Positions 50,601 through 54,152 of a stretch of DNA of 54,152 bases are shown in pieces. Source of the DNA: Octopus bimaculoides (lineage: Eukaryota). Both the position numbers and the translations under genes were made by a program. The DNA lies in assembly GCF_001194135.2 (NCBI RefSeq), contig NC_068992.1:19622330-19676481 (forward strand). The letters run 5' to 3'. Under the pieces are notes generated by a model. It saw nothing but the letters and a program-made list of their open reading frames with translations, did no database searches and was not told the DNA's origin. Each line of letters opens with the position of its first letter. Position 1 is the first letter of the stretch.

Positions 50601-51143
50601 TAAAGGCTTATACAGTAGCCCTAAAAGTGTTGCGCCCATAAAAACGTCTCCCAGGGCGGAACAGCCGCCATTCACACCTACAGTCCCGCACCCATAATCC
50701 TAGTTACGTTAATTGACTTGCCGTTCGAGAATACTACAAACCCTCACTCTTCTGCTGCCTTTCGAATTTCTTACTCACGAAGTAAAAAAAATATATATAT
50801 TCTGCTACATTGACGAGCGAAGAAAAACACAAAAAGGACGAAAATGAATAGATATCGTAGACTTTGACCTAACGCGTAGCCTTGCTCCGTCAAGCCTGAC
50901 TTATTACTAAAGGGCAAAAGCATCTACTTATCACAACAGTTTTTAATAACTATATGTATCAGTGCGCTTCTCAATACAAATAGATATATGAATATAACAA
51001 AAATGTAGAAAAATAAAAGAGGCATAATAGAAAAGGGAGTCTGATACTAATTTGCAATATTAGAATCATACACTTGAAGAAAAACAAAGCAAAACAAAAC
51101 AAACAGTCATATATGACAACAAAAAAACCCCATGAGAATAGGA

Positions 51144-51196
<53 letters not shown>

Positions 51197-51351
51197 AGAG
51201 ATACAGACGAACTTTCTATTAAAGCGTTCAGCCAGTACCTTATTTGTTAAGCCTTTTTCCTCAGGCGTTGTCCTTTGCTGGTGGATGGCGCTCATTGTGT
51301 TTACAGTATGTGTGCCTATGTGTGCATGTGGGTGTGCGTGTATGTATATGT

Positions 51352-51386
<35 letters not shown>

Positions 51387-52314
51387 CTATTACCATTTAC
51401 TTTTGCAGCCATTAGACTGCGGCTACGCCGGGGCAACGCCTTGAATAATTTTTAGTCGAGTATATCGACTCTAGAACTTGTTTTCTATTTTTTTTTTCAT
51501 CTCCACTACTCCGATGTTATCCAAGGGGTAGACAAAGGCCAGTACAGCTTGACACCAGTGACGTCGCAACTCATTTTTACAGCCGCGTGAACTAAGGCAA
51601 CGTGAAGTAAAGTTTCCTGCTCAAGAAAACAACACACAACCCGTATCACGTGGGCTTGCTTTAAACATACGGCTATACAGGAAATAATGTAGTCTTAGTT
51701 ACACCATTACGGAAGAGAAGATCTAATGATCATAGGTTTTGCAATCAAGAATTCAGGTTCGACTAGTAATTTATAATTGTTTATAACTTTAACACAAGGT
51801 CAGCAATTGCAACAGGAAGCGGTATGTCGATTACACCGACCACGGCGCTTGGCTGGTCCTCTATTTCATCGATCCTGAAAGGAAGGCAGGCAAAGTTGTC
51901 CCCGAAGAAATATGAATAAAAAATATAAAGGAGGAATTATCGCTAAGCATTTTGTTCGAAGCACTACCGAACCTGCCGGCTTGCTGCTTTAGTTTATAAG
52001 AACGAGGCCTGAACTTTTGAAGGTGGGGCCTAGTCGGTTATATGGAAATCAGTGCTCTACCGATACTAATTTTATTGACTCCGAATTTACGAACGGCAAA
52101 TTCAACCGCGGCGGAATTTGAACTCAGGATGTTGTGACGGAAGGAAGTGGCTCCAAACATTTTGCCAGGCATGCTAACCATTCTATTAGCTCGGTTCCCC
52201 CAGCACGGCTGCGGTCTAACGACTGAAATCAGCATTTGATAAAATACAGACACACATGTATGCATGTATGTATGTATGTATGAATGAATGTATGCATGAA
52301 TATATGTATGTATG

Positions 52315-52362
<48 letters not shown>

Positions 52363-52504
52363 TATATATATATATANNNNNNNNNNNNNNNNNNNNNNNN
52401 NNNNNNNNNNNAAAACATCCGGATCGTTAGAAAATACAAAAAAGGATAGGAAAAAACAAGGACGGGTCATTTGGTGTTTTCTGTCCTCGGTCGAGTTCCA
52501 GATT

Positions 52505-52572
52505 TTCTCGGTAGTTTCGGCCGGTTGCACTCGAGACTTCTCCAATCTGCCCGGCCCCCAAAGAATCTAAGC
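52505..52572 (-). ncRNA. Decayed hammerhead-like fold in a Penelope-like repeat
   Basis: Minus strand has a GGCCGG...CCGGCC stem II followed by GAAAC. The CUGAUGA box is replaced by CTTTGGG. Flanks AGATT/AATCT could form stem I. Confidence 0.3.
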
Positions 52573-53489
52573 TAAGAGGACTAGATTCCTTGGAAGAACG
52601 GAGGTGAATGTATACGAAAACAAGGATGAAAAAAAAACCGAGAAATTGTACACTATATATATATATATACATATTGAGCACATTGGTTAGTTGTTTGAAT
52701 TCTGTATTTGCATATACACGTATCCATGTACCTACACCAGACACACAGTGTATATACATATATATATATTCATATTTCCGCGCGCGTGTGTGGTGTAGCA
52801 AAATATACAGAAGCTATAATATTTGTCCTTGATACCTTTATGTCAATTAAATATTTGATCGATTTTACAGCCTGCCTTCAAAGAATTGGCTTCGAATATA
52901 AGCAATATATTATAATACGCTAATATTTTATATAACTATAAACAAAATGTGTTATCAGCGTTTTGTACGTTCCTTTGTTCATCTCAAGCAACCGTGTTTT
53001 GAAAGTAAAAAGCATCAGCTATCTGCTGGCAACCATAAAGTTTATAATCACCATTCCCTTAAAATATTTGTAAAGCTAAACCAGTGAAGGGATTTAATAT
53101 GGCTTTATGTTTATGTTTACTTATGAAGCTTTTTATAGGTACAGGCGTAGCAGTGCCGTTAGGAAGTTCGGTTCGCAACCAAAACCGGTAACAAGGGCAA
53201 GTATTTTCAAATATATTCATATATCCTCAAACTGACCAATTCCTTGGTAGACGGAAGCGGTACAAAAGACTCACACACACACACACACAGATGCTGAAAT
53301 GAACTGATAGTCTGCATATAACATCACAAGGTACATCCTTTTCTTTGATGAAATTATGCTCATGTAACATAAATGCAAATGTAATGCACAAATTAGTAAT
53401 TAAATTATCGAGTATTAATTGTAACGGCTGTTAAAAGTAAAGATGACCAATTTGTTAATAATAAATAACTGTTAACTTCCTACTCACCA

Positions 53490-53900
53490 TTCTCTTTTCT
53501 TCATTTAACTGGATATGAACTATCCTCTGTGGTCTCCCCATACAAAACAAAAAATCCCGAAAATGCAATCACCCCAAAGTGCATTTACTAAATGAATTAA
53601 GGGCATGACTGATCTCGATTACTGGGACCACCTTAGAGCATTGAAACACTACTCTCTCCAGCGCCGCCGCGAGCGGTACATCATTTGCACGATGTGGAAA
53701 ATACACCACCAGCATTGCTCAAACGTCCTCAACATTAGCTTTAAAATTCATCCAAGGCTAGTACCACGGGCCATACGTCCCCTACCCAATTCAGGATCAC
53801 AATACATAAATACACTGCAACACAATTTCTTTTCGCCTGAGGTACGCATCAAGCAGCGGAAGCCTGAACTACAATCGGCTTGTCTGACAGAGCATGTTTC
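53490..53900 (+). pseudogene. CR1-clade LINE RT C-terminal fragment
   Basis: LWSPHTKQ..Q.AFTK*IKGMTDLDYWDHLRALKHYSLQRRRERYII..WKI matches the CR1 pattern (ORF 53605..54069). Confidence 0.85.
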
Positions 53901-54004
53901 CGGTTATTTGGGGTACATTCTCTCATATATATATATATATATATTTCTTTTTTATTTATTTATGGGATTCAGCCAAGTGGCTGTGGTCCTGCTGGAGCAC
54001 CACC

Positions 54005-54152
54005 GTGATTTTCTGTCTTTATGCTTTGCTCTCTTCACGTTCCTTGCATGGCTCTTCTCCTGCACCTGATATAGTCCAATCAAGAGTTTTGATGGCACAT
54101 CTGTTGTATAAGAGAATTTGACATCGCTGCCCTAAACTGTGTCTCATTTCGA
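54005..54152 (-). pseudogene. Possible CR1 3' end, cut by the window edge
   Basis: RAAMSNSLIQQ resembles the CR1 terminal RAAxSNSLxxQ motif. Confidence 0.35.

Overview
This is AT-rich eukaryotic DNA from a gapped draft assembly (many N-runs). The SINE families and the density of (TA)n/(CA)n/(TAA)n/(GATA)n microsatellites look like an Octopus genome; that is my inference from recognising the repeats, not a database result. The window reads as intronic or intergenic, and I cannot support any complete host protein-coding gene, true tRNA or rRNA gene, or CRISPR array. Nearly all listed ORFs are microsatellite or gap artefacts, or transposon debris. What I can support: (i) one full-length decayed mariner (7076-8359, 26-bp TIRs, TA TSD) and a second partial one; (ii) fossils of several non-LTR clades (R4/Dong-like, NeSL/R2-like, CRE, RTE, CR1, L1/Tx1) and a possible Copia relic; (iii) dozens of tRNA-derived SINEs, three with clear TSDs. 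The most unusual signals are: a decayed 99-bp tandem repeat encoding a 33-aa Cys-rich unit with synonymous-biased divergence (~4660-5121); several Penelope-type hammerhead ribozyme motifs, one downstream of a tRNA-like SINE head; a SINE-derived tandem array facing an inverted SINE cluster; and a few isolated candidate exons. Boundaries of old fossils are approximate (tens of bp) because alignment was done by eye.
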